From positions 1-61,556 of the IMG/VR virus record IMGVR_UViG_3300025165_000001: a stretch of 61,556 nt of DNA; one strand, written 5' to 3'. The position numbers and the translations under genes are program-made. A model generated the notes under the pieces. It worked only from the letters and a program-made list of their open reading frames with translations. It had not been told where the DNA came from and searched no databases. This DNA is from a virus. Lineage: Duplodnaviria > Caudoviricetes. Numbering within the stretch: the first letter of the stretch is position 1; every line of letters starts with the position of its first letter. This document shows, piece after piece, positions 16,691 through 28,942 of the stretch.

Positions 16691-19600
16691 TAAACGGCGT
16701 AGTCATCAACGGTGCAGAGCCTCTACTTGACAGCGCAGTGCGCCAGATGGTAGAGCGGCACAGCCCGAAGGAACCCGGCGAGTGGGTGGCGTGTTACTTG
16801 GTGGCGCTTGAGACTGTGGATCGGGCCGTGGGCCGGCGAGTGGTCGTGACGATATTGAACTGAAGGAGGACTGACATGCACCTAATAACCCCATACGCTC
16901 CACCGTCTTTTTTGAAGCCGGTGATTTTAGTCTCCACGCTGTTCAACTCCGCTACCAAGGAGACGGCAATCGAATTCGTGGACGCGCTTCACATTTGGCA
17001 CGCCCTAGATGTGGCGAACTGCCATGAAAGGAATTGCCGGGACATTATGGAGTCAGATGCGAAACACCAGGGCAGACATTCCGGCTGGCTTGTGATTGAG
17101 ACACATGCAAGCCTAGGCGCCGCGTTGGAATTCCATCTTGAGCTGACGAAGGACTTTATAAACGGCGGCACGGAGGAAGAATGGCAACAGGGATGGGGGC
17201 CGTACCTAGAACTCAGAGCGAGATTTGAGGCGGAACAAAAGAAGGAGGACTCCGATGGCTAAATTCATAATCATCGAGGAGCGTATTGACACGTATTCCG
17301 CAACGATAGAGGCGGATAGCGTTGAGCACGCGCAAAAACTGTACGACGAGGACAGTCAAGAAGTCTTCGGTAACAAGTGGGACCAGGAAGAAACTCAAAG
17401 CGTCGAGTTACGCCAAATCTACGAGCTAAACGACAAGGGAGAAAACAAAACCGCGTACATTTTCGAGAACGGCGTGATAATGGACACCGTGGACCTGGAA
17501 AAGTAAGGAGAAGCCATGAAAAACAAACACACACCGACACCTGGGCCCTGGACTGCTGGTACAGTAATCTCGAATGAGACTCGATACACGCAGCCCATTT
17601 GGGCAAACGGGATGTGCATCGCCGTGGTATACGGCGGCGTTGAACACAGATGGACGGATGAACACCGCGCAAATGTCGCAGCGATTACATCCGCGCCGAC
17701 CCTCTTGGAGCGGGTGAAGGTGCTGGAAGAAAGCGTCAAGAAGCATATCAAGGGGCAACTCTATTTGAAGGAGCGGGTGAAGGTGTTGGAAGAGGCGCTA
17801 CGGCGTATTGGAGATATGCGCCCCGAAAATCGCAACGCTCCAACCATAGCCCGCGCCGCCCTGAAGGAGAAGCCATGAGCCAGGAAGACCAGATTCAATT
17901 CGTTCTTGACGTGACAGCTCGGGCGGCGCGCGAAGTGATCGAGCATCTTAAAGATAGGCGCATCTGTGGGCCTATCACGCGACGCAAGCTACGAGACTGG
18001 GTTATCGCCGCTTGCATGGATCATGGGATAGAGGCAGGGGATAAAGAAGACTAACTCACGGCGTCGTAAATCATTCGATTTACTTTGGCCTATCGCTCGG
18101 AAGAGGAAATCAAGAGGCGGGAGGCGACAAATGGCGATATCGTGCCGTTCTAAGCCCGAACCAACGCTCTTCGAGACCGAGATCCCCTTCGCCCTGACCC
18201 CTCCGCCAAGCGACAGGCGAAGCTACGACAAGGTGACGCGGCTCTGCCCGCGGTGCGGACGGGAGTTGACGGACAAGGCGTATTTCAAGTCGAACTGTTT
18301 TCGGGGAACGTGCGGGAAGAACAAAAAGCCGTAGGCGAAAGCCGAATAATGAGGGGAGGGATAAATGCTCATTGATTTGGTTGCGGCCGAAGAGGCCGTC
18401 AAGAAGCTCAAGCTCGATTTAGGGCTGAGTCATCGGGCGTCGTGCATCGACGTGGAGCTGTGGAATCATTCGACGGGCACTAGAGAGCTACGGGTCAAGA
18501 TCCACGTATTCGATAAAGACGATATCTGCCGAGCGGGCCGCGAGTTGACTTGGGAATTGGCGCTTGAGGCCGTCAAGCTCGCCGTGTTGGGCACGTCGGC
18601 TGATCCCGGCACTCAACCGATAACCGTGAAGGTGAACGCCGGCGAGGGCTAGTCAAATGAAAGAAAGACTCTGCCGTTGGCACTGTGGGCGTAGAACCTC
18701 GAACCATTCGGGCATATGTGACGCATGCTGGGTCTTATCAAAGCCGCTACGATCGTTTGACGCTGCCGGTCATGCCGCCTGGACGGTCAAAAAGCGAGCA
18801 AAGATGGCAAGGGGGAAGTCACCAGCAAGGGTAAAGGCAGGCCAGACCCTTGCCGCGCGCTTAAAAGCCCGTGCCATGGCTCCTGTGCTCAAATAACAGA
18901 GGAAAAAGAGGTTGGTGCCATGATGATCAAACAAACCGCTCCGTTAGTTCGCCCAACATGCCCAGATGGGCGTAGGGAATACCGGTGCGCCAGATGCGGG
19001 TCATCTGCCGCCTGGGAGGAGTGCTATAACTGCAATGAGGGCTACAGCAGCCATGACTGCGGCGATGATACCTGCTGCTGCCCTGATCCCGAAGACAACG
19101 TGCGCTGCGACATCTGCCGAGGGCATGGCGGGTGGTATCAGTGCCTATCAACGCCGGAGTGGTGCGAGGCGAATCCGCTACCCGGTCGGGACTTTAAACG
19201 GGGTCAGATTGAATGGTTCAAGACGGAATAATTTTACCCCATTCCCGGGTCTCCTTCTCCCCGGGAGTCGCTGCGAGCTCAAGCCCCTTGCGTGAAGAGG
19301 GGCACTGCAAATTATGAATGAGCCAATCTGTAAACGCTGCTACGGCTACGACCGCGAAGGCAAACCGCGCGATGGCCGGGTTATCGCGTATGTATGCTCG
19401 ACGCTTGCTGACGGCAGCACGCTTAAACAGAGGGCGTGCCTAGATTGCGCTAATGACGCGCGCGCGCAGATGCTGCACAGCAAGCGTGGGGTGCCGGGAG
19501 AGTTTCATATTGAAATAATCAAAATAGGGCTTGCAAACGATTCGGCGTTGTAGTAATAGTAGTTTCCATGAAAACAAAACACAAGAAGGCCCGTTGTCGA

Positions 19601-21125
19601 GAATGTGGATGGGTCTGGAAGCGGCGAGTCGTCAATCCGATAAAGTGTCCCAACCCCAAGTGCCAGGCATTTTTTCCGCTCATGCCGAAGGAGAACGACA
19701 AATGAAATTCAAGCTGTCCACCGGCGAAGAGATCGAAGTTGAATTTCAGCATTTCAATGACCGCGCGGGCGTTCTTGTGAAGCGAACAAGGGCTATAGTG
19801 AAGCGCCACGGCGCGACATACGGCGGCGCAAGCCGGGTACATCCACGCGATCAGTACAACAAGATCATTGGTAGAAAGATCGCGCTTAAAAACGCGTTGC
19901 GGTTTGTCGAGCGGCCACTCCGAATTGAAATATGGAAGGCGCTGATCGAGAAAGGAATGAGGGTGGCGTGAAAGCTCGACTCAAAGTGATGCACGAAAAG
20001 GAGGGGTTATGATCACGGTACGATTTCCGAACGGGCAGGCGATCGCTTACAACACGGCAAATTACGTGTATCCAGAGAAGGAATACACCGACCTGTACCG
20101 AGGCGACAAAAATAAACGCGGGATATGGTTAGTTCAAGTTCCCAATTCTTGCTTGATTGAGGGAACTACTCCTTGCCGTGTTTCCAACGCACCACAGGAA
20201 CAATCGCTCGAATCTCTGACCAAGGAAGTCCGCGCGCTAAGGCGGAATATGGAGAAGAAAAAGAGATGAGCCTAGATGAACCAACAAAAAAAGAAGTCAG
20301 AAAAATACTCGGCGCATTGCGGCGTGCGGTGACGTTGCTAAAAATATCTGGGCGTCAACGACGCTTAACGTGGTCTGAAGGCCAACTAATCCATGTAACC
20401 CTGGACCAATGTTGCGCTTTGGAGAAACGCCTAGGCGCAGGCCCAAATGTTCTCGATCCGATCCATAAACAAAATGGCCAAGAGTGGCCCGACACCTTGG
20501 TAGAAGTATGGGAAGCCAGAAAATGACCTGGCTACGCCCGTCGCCTGGAAGCGCGGAGGCCACGACGGATCGGCTTTGCGAGGAACATGAGCGGGGGGAG
20601 CACGACGACAGCAATCATGAGGGCTGCCCACGTTGCGAAGAACGAACATGCCAAGGTTGCGGGCATCCATTAGCGGAGTACGAGACAACAAAGACCTGCT
20701 GGAATTGTGCGAGGTAGAAATGATTTCTATTATTTTAAATACGGGGGATTTTCGTGGTGATCATGCGGCAGATGTGCGCGTGGCCTACGAGTTGATAGAA
20801 AGTGAAACGGTTGTCGAGTTAGTCGCGCGACTGATAGGTAGGGACCGCTCTGGCGTATCGGCTGAGACTGAAAGCATCGAACTGCGTTTAGTCAAGAAAG
20901 CGGGGAAAAAATAACGTGGACTATTTCAAAATCGCTACTGACATCAGTCGCGCTTACGCGCAGAGCGTAGGATACCGCCATTGCATCGGCTGCGATAGCC
21001 GGTTTATTCCAACACCGGATGAGCCGTTGCGATTTCGAGACTTCTGTCCGACTTGCTGCCGGGTGATCAACGTTTATCTCGGCATGGAGGCGCGGCGGGA
21101 AGAGGAATTGAAACGGAAAGATTAA
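16675..21125 (+). other. Dense block of small early/middle hypothetical ORFs, many Cys-rich (e.g. 16876-17262, 17255-17506, 17516-17878, 18365-18652, 18920-19231, 19314-19553, 19568-19705, 19702-19971, 20009-20269, 20916-21125)
   Basis: Same strand, GGAG-type RBSs, overlapping start/stop codons. Confidence 0.6.
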
Positions 21126-21148
21126 CTCGGGAATAGGAGGATTTACAG

Positions 21149-22108
21149 ATGGCAGAAGAAAAAGAAGTGGCAGTAAGACGAGAACCGAGACAGTTGGCGC
21201 AAGCTGGTTTCGCGTTTCTTCCTAAGACGTGGGAGGAGCTTTACGCATACGCTAAGGAGATTGCACAAACGGACTTCGTGCCGAATGATTTACGCGGCAA
21301 GCCGGGCGCCGTACTGGCCTGCTGGCAGTTCGGCCAGGAGGTCGGTCTAGCGCCAATGGCGGCGCTACAGAGCATCGCCGTAATTAACGGGCGCCCGTCC
21401 CTATGGGGCGATGGCGCGTTGGCGGTCGTGCGAGCAAATCCGCTATGCGAATACGTCCGAGAACTCCGTCCAGACGAAGCGCTCAAAGCCGGATACGGCG
21501 AATGCACCGTCAAACGTCGAGACGACGATGTACCTATAATGCGCCGCTTCACGAAAGAGGAAGCGGAAGTTGCGGGCTTGTGGGGCGGAAAATCCACGGA
21601 CGCGGCAAAAGCAAAACTTGAGCCGTGGAGCAAATACCCTGGTCGCATGTTGCAGATGAGAGCGCGAGCCTGGGCGATGCGGGATGCAATTCCAGAAGCC
21701 TTACGAGGTATCTCTATACGCGAAGAAGTCGAAGACATGGAACCCCGCGACGTTACGCCCGAACCACTCAAGATTCCACAGCCGCTACGAGAGGTAAAAG
21801 ATGAGCCACAAAAAACGGGACTGGATGCTGCTCATGAAATGGCATCTGAGCAAGATCAACAGGAAGATCAATCAACTGACGCAGGAGCGCAAAGCGCTGA
21901 TAGCGGAGACGAGGCGGGAGAAAAACAGGATAATCCACCGCAAAAAAAGAGCATCGAAGAAATCGCGCTCGCCGAGATCGCAGGGTACAGCAAGGACACA
22001 TTTCCGAACGCGAAAGACCTAAACAAATACCTCAAGGGCCAGAGCGGGAAGGTGCAGGCGCGGATCTGCCAGGCTTTCAACGACCGACGAAAGGAATTGG
22101 GATTGTAG
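21149..22108 (+). CDS. RecT/Red-beta-like single-strand annealing recombinase
   Basis: FVPNDLRGKPG...GQEVGLAPMAALQSIAVINGRPSLWGD...WSKYPGRMLQMRARAWAMRDAIPEAL. Confidence 0.8.
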   Translation: MAEEKEVAVRREPRQLAQAGFAFLPKTWEELYAYAKEIAQTDFVPNDLRGKPGAVLACWQFGQEVGLAPMAALQSIAVINGRPSLWGDGALAVVRANPLCEYVRELRPDEALKAGYGECTVKRRDDDVPIMRRFTKEEAEVAGLWGGKSTDAAKAKLEPWSKYPGRMLQMRARAWAMRDAIPEALRGISIREEVEDMEPRDVTPEPLKIPQPLREVKDEPQKTGLDAAHEMASEQDQQEDQSTDAGAQSADSGDEAGEKQDNPPQKKSIEEIALAEIAGYSKDTFPNAKDLNKYLKGQSGKVQARICQAFNDRRKELGL

Positions 22109-22722
22109 TGGAGAAATTCCGCTACCTCGACGAATCGCACCAGTATTTCCTCGGCGCATGCGAGATGCCGGGCGTGACTCGTATACTCGATGGGGTGGGA
22201 TTGATATCTCCATTTGTGAAACAGAATCCGGGCCGGACGCAGGAAGGAAAGCTCGCTCACCATGCGCTCGCGCTTTTCGGTGCCGACAACCTAGATTTTG
22301 CCACGGTGGATCAGCGAATCATGGGCTGGGTTCTGAGCGGAGTGAAATTTTATGAAGCACTCAAATTTAAACCAGTTGTTTTGGAGAGCCCCAGCTTCCA
22401 TCCCGACTATCTGTACGGATATACTTTCGACGCCATCGGCAAAAGTACGCTCGGCGATGTACTTCTTGATTTTAAAACCGGAAAGGCGGGTAAGACGGGC
22501 AGACTCCAGCTTGCCGCCTATCTCGATCCGGTGCAAAAAAAATGGGGCGGGAAGTGGAAGCGGGTAGCGGTGGAGCTCGACGAACACGGCGGAGAGCCGA
22601 ATCTAGTCTGGTATTCGGTTGTCGATCAACGGACGGACTTTGCCGACTTTTTAGCGTGCCGAAGGGTGTTTGATTTATTAGGATGGGATAATGCAAGAGA
22701 AAACCATAAAGAGCGTGCTTAG
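22108..22722 (+). CDS. PD-(D/E)XK exonuclease (partner of the annealase)
   Basis: PGVTRIL, G...H, YGYTFD, LLDFKTG, LQLAAY. Confidence 0.8.
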   Translation: MEKFRYLDESHQYFLGACEMPGVTRILDGVGLISPFVKQNPGRTQEGKLAHHALALFGADNLDFATVDQRIMGWVLSGVKFYEALKFKPVVLESPSFHPDYLYGYTFDAIGKSTLGDVLLDFKTGKAGKTGRLQLAAYLDPVQKKWGGKWKRVAVELDEHGGEPNLVWYSVVDQRTDFADFLACRRVFDLLGWDNARENHKERA

Positions 22723-22934
22723 AAAGAAGATCGACGATGCCTATCTGGTGCAGGTCGTCGATAAGATTTTCGGGTAAGGAGGAACGAAATGGATCTATGC
22801 GATGATGGCCACGATCAGGTATGTTATGAAACTCGCAAATGCCCAGCTTGTGCGATTATCGAGAAGCGCGAAGAGCTGCAAAATAGACTGGATGACGCGC
22901 TTGAGGAAATTAAAGAATTAGAAAGGAATTTGTA

Positions 22935-23633
22935 ATGGAAACCGAACTCGTAGTTGAATCTCAATCCCTGAAACTTCCGGTCACAGCGGAAATCCAAAAA
23001 GCGGCGCAAGTGTATCTTGCCGCGGCGAATGCCGTCACCATCACAAGCAACGACGATCTGCTGAACGCGGCGGCCATCCGGGACGCGGGCTCCGACCGCT
23101 ATAAGGTTCTGTGGGCCTTGCTAAATCCGCCGTGCGAAGAGGCGCACTCGTTTCACGGCAAGCTCGTCAAGAATCGGGATGCGTCATGCAATCCCTACAA
23201 GAACGGGTCCGCCGCAGTCAAACAAAAAATGATCCAGTGGACCCAAGAGCAGGAACGCAAGCGCCAACTCGAACAAGCCCGACTCGATGCGATAGCCAGG
23301 AAAAAGGCTAAGGATGACGCCCTCGAATTAGCGGCAACGCTAGAAGCTGGCGGCGCAACGGATGCAGCCGCCGAAGTCCTCAATGAGCCTATCCAACCTC
23401 CGGCAACCGTGCTGCCCAGGGCGACCCCGAAAATTGCGGGGTTCAGTAGCCGGCGAATCTACAACGCCGACGTAATCGACCGCAAAGCCTTTTTAGCCGG
23501 TCTCGTTTCGGGTGCGATACCCGATGAAGCCTGGGAACCGAATGGGCAATTTCTAAGATCCCAGGCGGGTGATTACAAGGAAGCCCTCGAAACCAAATGG
23601 CCCGGCGTGAAAGTAACCTGGAAGGATGTCTAG
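22935..23633 (+). CDS. Coiled-coil phage protein of the recombination module
   Basis: Long helical/coiled-coil ORF ending PGVKV; position after annealase and exonuclease. Confidence 0.6.
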   Translation: METELVVESQSLKLPVTAEIQKAAQVYLAAANAVTITSNDDLLNAAAIRDAGSDRYKVLWALLNPPCEEAHSFHGKLVKNRDASCNPYKNGSAAVKQKMIQWTQEQERKRQLEQARLDAIARKKAKDDALELAATLEAGGATDAAAEVLNEPIQPPATVLPRATPKIAGFSSRRIYNADVIDRKAFLAGLVSGAIPDEAWEPNGQFLRSQAGDYKEALETKWPGVKVTWKDV

Positions 23634-24080
23634 GATTACGAAAACTCAGGTCAGTAAAGGAGAAAGGGGAAATAAGATGGCAAGAAAGAAAAGTGCGCTG
23701 GTGGAACTTAATCGAGACAGGCGATCATGGTCGTTGCGCGTAAGCTCGACTGATGAGGTACTCTTGAAGGACATCGCGAATGCTATCGGCCAAGCAAGAA
23801 GCCGCGGAATCGACATCCTCAACACGGTGGACCCGTTGGCCGGTATCGATGCCAAACCCCGCAAGGTGAACGCGAAGAAGCCGGCGACGCCGGCAGAAGG
23901 GAAACCTCATGAAACAAATAGAGATTGAAACTTCAACCTACTGGCAGCAAGTCTATCTCAACGCGCGGTGTAATTCCGGTGAGTATCACGGCGACAAACT
24001 GCCGGTGATGAATTGGGACTGGCCCAAAAATGGATTTCTCACACGGCGGCGCGCCGAGTTGGCGGTACAGGAGGCGCAAG

Positions 24081-24863
24081 ATGAAATTCGAAATCAAAAA
24101 TCAATATTCCGGCTTTGTGATTTTTAGTCTCGAAACTGACAGCTTGAAGCTGTGCGTTGAGGTGGCGATTAAATCCGGGTCCGACTTGAGCGGGGCCTAC
24201 TTGAGCTGGGCCGACTTGAGCGGGTCCGACTTGAGCGGGGCCGACTTGAGCAAGGCCAACTTGAGCAAGGCCAACTTGAGCTGGGCCGACTTGAGCGGGT
24301 CCGACTTGAGCGGGGCCTACTTGAGCTGGGCCGACTTGAGCGGGTCCGACTTGAGCAAGGCCAACTTGAGCGGGTCCGACTTGAGCGGGGCCGACTTGAG
24401 CGGGTCCGACTTGAGCGGGGCCGACTTGAGCAAGGCCAACTTGAGCGGGTCCGACTTGAGCGGGGCCAAAAATTTTAATAAGCATTTAACGACACCGCTA
24501 CGGATTCTCTATGATCAACCTGGCCCTATTCGAGCCTACAAGCTCGTCAACGAACGAGGCGAAGGTCCATATGCAGTCACTAACGGTTATGCGGCGATCA
24601 ATTATTTTGAGGCCGAAGAATTCAGCGTGCAAACGATTGATGAGGACGAAAATAAGCAATGCGGCGCAGGTATCAACTTGGCCTCGCTGGATTGGTGCAT
24701 GAAGGAGTGGAAACCGAACTCTCGGATTCTGATTATGGAGTTTTTCGCCAATGAACCGAAAGGCAATCTTTGCGTGCCTACAGCTACAGATGGGAAATTC
24801 CGGGTCAAGCATTGCCGTAAAGTCGGAGAAAAAGATTTGAAAGAAATCGGCTTGCTAAAGTGA
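24081..24863 (+). CDS. Pentapeptide-repeat protein
   Basis: 19 (A/S)(D/N/Y)LS(G/K/W) repeats; C-terminal CGAGIN...TDGKFRV domain. Confidence 0.88.
   Translation: MKFEIKNQYSGFVIFSLETDSLKLCVEVAIKSGSDLSGAYLSWADLSGSDLSGADLSKANLSKANLSWADLSGSDLSGAYLSWADLSGSDLSKANLSGSDLSGADLSGSDLSGADLSKANLSGSDLSGAKNFNKHLTTPLRILYDQPGPIRAYKLVNERGEGPYAVTNGYAAINYFEAEEFSVQTIDEDENKQCGAGINLASLDWCMKEWKPNSRILIMEFFANEPKGNLCVPTATDGKFRVKHCRKVGEKDLKEIGLLK
24177..24467. repeat. 15-bp tandem repeat (about 19 units, invariant ACTTGAGC core)
   Basis: gggtccgacttgagc-type units read directly. Confidence 0.95.
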
Positions 24864-25024
24864 AAAAGGAGGAGGCGCAAGATGCAAAACAGACGGTTTG
24901 AACCGGAGCCCGAGCCGGAAGTTGTGCCCTGGTGGTTCGCGGTCGCAATGATTCTCCTCGTCGTGGCGATCCTCTACCTCGGTATCGATATCTGGGTTAT
25001 CGCGAGGGAGATAAAGGAGTGGAA

Positions 25025-25351
25025 ATGAAGCGGCAACCGGAGATAACCACAAAATCCGTCATCGTTCACGCCTTGCGCCTCCTCTGGCTTCATTCTCGTG
25101 AGCGACGCGCTGCGCTGAAACGCGACGGTTATAGCTGCATTTCGTGCCATCGGAAGCAAAGCGTCGCAAAAGGAAAAGAATTCAAAGTCCAAGTTCACCA
25201 TGTTGAGGGAACCTTGAATTGGGAGTTGATGATCCAATATATTCACAATCATCTTTTAGTTGACCCGCGATTTTTGGAAACGCTTTGCAAGGAATGCCAT
25301 AAAAAGGAGACCGATGCCAACAGGAATCTATCCACGAATACCAGCGATTGA
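25025..25351 (+). CDS. HNH-family endonuclease (short)
   Basis: ALKRDGYSCISC...VQVHH...LETLCKECH. Confidence 0.7.
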   Translation: MKRQPEITTKSVIVHALRLLWLHSRERRAALKRDGYSCISCHRKQSVAKGKEFKVQVHHVEGTLNWELMIQYIHNHLLVDPRFLETLCKECHKKETDANRNLSTNTSD

Positions 25352-25829
25352 GCGATTTGAGAAAGGCTACATTCCCGAACCGAATACCGGCTGTTGGATT
25401 TGGCTTGGCGGAATATCTACCGCAGGCTACGGCTTGCTTTCATTCGGCGCTGCACACCATGGTTACGCACACCGATTTTCTTATTTGACATTTAAGGGCA
25501 ACATACCTGAAGGATTGGAAATAGATCATCTTTGTCGAATTCGATCGTGTTGCAATCCTCAACATCTTGAGGCTGTTGATCGCAGAACTAATATCATGCG
25601 AGGGATTGGCCCGGAAACTCTGGCCGAAAAACAACGCAATCTAAAAATATGCAAACAAGGTCATTCACTCGCTGATGCATATTTGAGCACGGCTTTTATC
25701 CGTGGAAAGATACGAACTTGGCGACGCTGCAAAAGGTGTAGCGCGATCAGTTGTCGAAAGTATCGGCATAGCAAGATCTGTAAGGACGACCACGAGGAGC
25801 GAACGGAGCGAAGACGTAGGATCGGATAA
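25314..25829 (+). CDS. HNH homing endonuclease
   Basis: EPNTGCWIW, YAHRFSY, EIDHLCRIRSCCNPQHLEAV, CKQGH. Confidence 0.85.
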   Translation: MPTGIYPRIPAIERFEKGYIPEPNTGCWIWLGGISTAGYGLLSFGAAHHGYAHRFSYLTFKGNIPEGLEIDHLCRIRSCCNPQHLEAVDRRTNIMRGIGPETLAEKQRNLKICKQGHSLADAYLSTAFIRGKIRTWRRCKRCSAISCRKYRHSKICKDDHEERTERRRRIG

Positions 25830-26415
25830 CCGCCCGAGGGGGCATGGTCGTAAGATAACACTTGATAGAGGCAGATCACGTGAGCCTCGGTGCAACAATC
25901 GGCCATGCCTCTTTCGCAAGAAAGGAAAAAGATATGGAAGACAAAGAAGTCGGTGAGATGCTACGGCGTGTTAATACCGATGAGTTATGGACGAGTGACC
26001 ACAAGTATATTCGATACGATTATCGTCGCTTGATTCACAAAATCGTCGAGGAACGAGCAGCGCGAAGTAAGGTAACTGAAGAAACCGCGTTGGACGACTT
26101 TGGCATTTTTCGTTGGGAATGGAAAATGGAACTGAAGCCATGACCAACCCCATCCCCATAGAAACCCGGCGGCTTTATGTGGAGTTGCGGACGTTCCCAA
26201 TTAAATATGGGCCGATCATCGCTGCCCTCTGCGACGCGCTAGTAGATGCGTGGGCAAAGGCGTTGGAGGCGGATTGGCATCGAAACAATAAACATGCTGG
26301 TGACGGGTGCCATTGTGCTACCGCTGATCGGCGCGCGGAAGCGGATCGGCTGCTGAGAGACTTGGAGGTAGGAAAATGAAACCCACTATAAGAAACGACG
26401 GCCGGCGGCGGCGGG

Positions 26416-26814
26416 ATGCGTTGCGATGACTGTCGCGATGAATGCGCTATGATCGGCCCGGAACTGGACGCCAGAATCGCCGAGGAGGTGATGGGGTGGA
26501 GACGTGCTGTAATGCTCAGTGGCCAACCGCTTTATCCGCCGGGAATGGCCAGAGAAGCAAATGTTTTTGGGCATACTGTGCCTGAGTATTCCACCTCCAT
26601 TGCAGCAGCTTGGGAAGTGGTGGAGAAACTACGCAACTGGCCAGGTGGTCATTGGTGGTTGCATCTTTGGCAAGTTGCCGGCGTTAGGGAAGAATGGCGC
26701 GCGAGTTTTACGTTTGGCGGTATGGCGGCCGTACATCCAAAACTCGAAGCTACGGCCAACACCGCGCCTCTTGCTATCTGCTTGGCTGCGCTGAAGGCCA
26801 TGGGAAAGCCATGA
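26416..26814 (+). CDS. Phage ABA-sandwich (BC1872-like) domain protein
   Basis: ELDARIAEEVMGW...PEYSTSIAAAWEVVEKL...APLAICLAAL. Confidence 0.75.
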   Translation: MRCDDCRDECAMIGPELDARIAEEVMGWRRAVMLSGQPLYPPGMAREANVFGHTVPEYSTSIAAAWEVVEKLRNWPGGHWWLHLWQVAGVREEWRASFTFGGMAAVHPKLEATANTAPLAICLAALKAMGKP

Positions 26815-27166
26815 GCAAACTCGAGGAACTGAGAAGCTGGCTACTATCAGAAGAAAGGGCGTCACTCCGCGCCCAGCTTGCCGAGCAAACGAAAGCCGCA
26901 AATCATTGGATGGAAGAGGCGAATAAAGAGCACAACGACAATGAGCGGCTACGACGGGTTAAAGGATGCCAGTGTATCTGCCACGATTTCCCGGCTCACG
27001 GCAAGCTCCAGGACGCCCTAGAGGCAAATCGGTTTCACGCGGAAAAGGTCGCTGACCTTGAGCGGCAGCTTGCCGCCCAGGTAGTTGTAAGCCAGAAGTT
27101 GTGGGCAGAATTGACACCAGAGAAACGTCACGAAATCAACCGCGCCGAGGCCACGACTGAGGTGAA

Positions 27167-27565
27167 ATGATGGATCGATTTGACGAGAAGGCAAAAACAA
27201 TATTCGGCTGCTTGTGCGGGTTTGACTTTTATGAAGGCGATGGGATGCACGAATCATGGTGTCCAGCTAGATTTCGCGCGGTACATGCCGCCGGCCTGCG
27301 CGACCTCGATGCTGCCAAACAACGAGAAATCGACGAATTACAGCAGCCGATGGAATGCGGTCACTATGGCGCGAACCTGCAACCGGACGATGCGAACGCC
27401 GATGTTTGCGTGGTCTGTGCGGAGATATTCGACGCTAAGGCCAACGCGAGGCGGGAGACGTGGGAGAAGGCGATTGAGCTAATACCCAAAAACTTATCGC
27501 CAAACGCTGCTCATTGGCTGCAATGCATCTTCCGCGCTGAAGCGGAGAAGAAGGTTAAGCCGTGA
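27167..27565 (+). CDS. Cys-rich hypothetical protein
   Basis: CLCG, HESWCP, ECGH, CVVC. Confidence 0.5.
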   Translation: MMDRFDEKAKTIFGCLCGFDFYEGDGMHESWCPARFRAVHAAGLRDLDAAKQREIDELQQPMECGHYGANLQPDDANADVCVVCAEIFDAKANARRETWEKAIELIPKNLSPNAAHWLQCIFRAEAEKKVKP

Positions 27566-28069
27566 AAACGAAGCCATTCCGGTGCAAATTCTGCGGCGCG
27601 ATACTCAAGCGGGATGCAGACGGCCAGTATTGTCCGACGCGGGGGTGTCAGTGGAGTCTGACGGGAACGGGGGTGAAATGGTGGAAAGTAAAGGCATGAA
27701 GAAATCAATTCCAATATTGGCATCCGCAGCCGGTCTCTGTTTCAATATCGCTGGGCTCCTGTTGTTCGATGTACAACTGGCGCAATTGGCGGTTCTGTGC
27801 TATATCCTTGCTGCGCTGGAGGCCAAACCGTGAAACTTCTATTTCTAAGTTTAGCGGCGGGGTTCCTCTTGGGCAGTATTATCAACGCAGTTGGCACAGG
27901 AAACCCAGGCCCAGAGGTTGCTACAATCACCCTATGGGCTATTGCTGCTGCTCTTATAGGAATTGGGATCAGGCCGTGAAACGGATAAAATAGGTGTCGC
28001 GAATTGGATGAGTACGACGAGGATATGTTAAGTGAGCGGTGAGTCCTGAATCGCCTTCATCTTGGCGAG

Positions 28070-28498
28070 CTAATCCCAGACCCCGTACTCAATCGCGCCC
28101 GTGATATCGTCTACCCGTGTTTTTTGCACTTGTCTAGCCCATTGGGAATTCCATAGCTCGAAGGCCGCCTTCTTCCAGTCCTGGGCGACCATAGCGGCAA
28201 TAAACAGGGGAAACCCCTTTAAACCCTCAGTACCCAAGTTGAAAGCAAGATTTACAATGGCATCTTTGCGGGTCTCGTCGAGATCGTCGAACCAATCGAA
28301 CGCGGCCCGACACTCGGCGGTTTTGACGGCGATGTCGTCGACCAGCAGCAGGCGAGAGATCCGCTGAGGGATAGAGCCGCCCTTGCGCTTGTCGATCAGA
28401 TGTCCGACTCCGATCGTCCACCAACCGAGACTGTCCTGGTAAGCGTGGAGCACCTCGTCCTCATGCTCTATCAGCTTCGCTTGGCCTTCGGGGGTCAC
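28070..28498 (-). CDS. Endolysin, T4-lysozyme-like muramidase
   Basis: E-x8-D-x5-T triad (HEDEVLHAYQDSLGWWTIGVGH), NLAFNLG, SQWARQV. Confidence 0.9.
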   Translation of the reverse strand: MTPEGQAKLIEHEDEVLHAYQDSLGWWTIGVGHLIDKRKGGSIPQRISRLLLVDDIAVKTAECRAAFDWFDDLDETRKDAIVNLAFNLGTEGLKGFPLFIAAMVAQDWKKAAFELWNSQWARQVQKTRVDDITGAIEYGVWD

Positions 28499-28942
28499 TT
28501 CGCCCTCTCCATCTCCATTAATGGGCTTTCATATCCTACAATCGCCTTGCACCCCCAGCAAATCACCGCACAGTAGTCCTGCTTCGAGCCGATTAACCAC
28601 TTACGTTTGCAACGTTGAATCTGACCACGCAGAAATTGACGAAACGGGTCAGCACCGCACTTCGGGCATATTTCAAGACTCATCGGATAATCTTTGAGTA
28701 AATCGTATTCAATTGGCATGTCAGTGCACCGGCACCTTTTCAAATACTTCTCGCCGATCCAAACTGTTATGAACAATTACGCACGGTTCATCTTCGTCGC
28801 GTTGCGGACGACACCAGCAAATCAGATCCGCCCGATGCTCACGTAGGTCGTTGAGGGGGATTACATGGCGGTCGTGGCCATAAGAGGCTTTCAGTGCATC
28901 GGTCACGGCATCCCCTTCTGCTCCGTTAGAGGCATCAACTCC

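Noticed and set aside
17708-17793. 24-bp near-identical repeat (ERVKVLEE twice)
   Set aside because: Simple intragenic duplication in a coiled-coil segment; no wider pattern
24039-24485. Antisense (AQVGP)n ORF
   Set aside because: Shadow of the 15-bp repeat in the pentapeptide gene
12290-28000. Integrase and CI/Cro lysogeny module
   Set aside because: No tyrosine/serine recombinase or HTH-peptidase repressor recognised; only a small Arc-like protein
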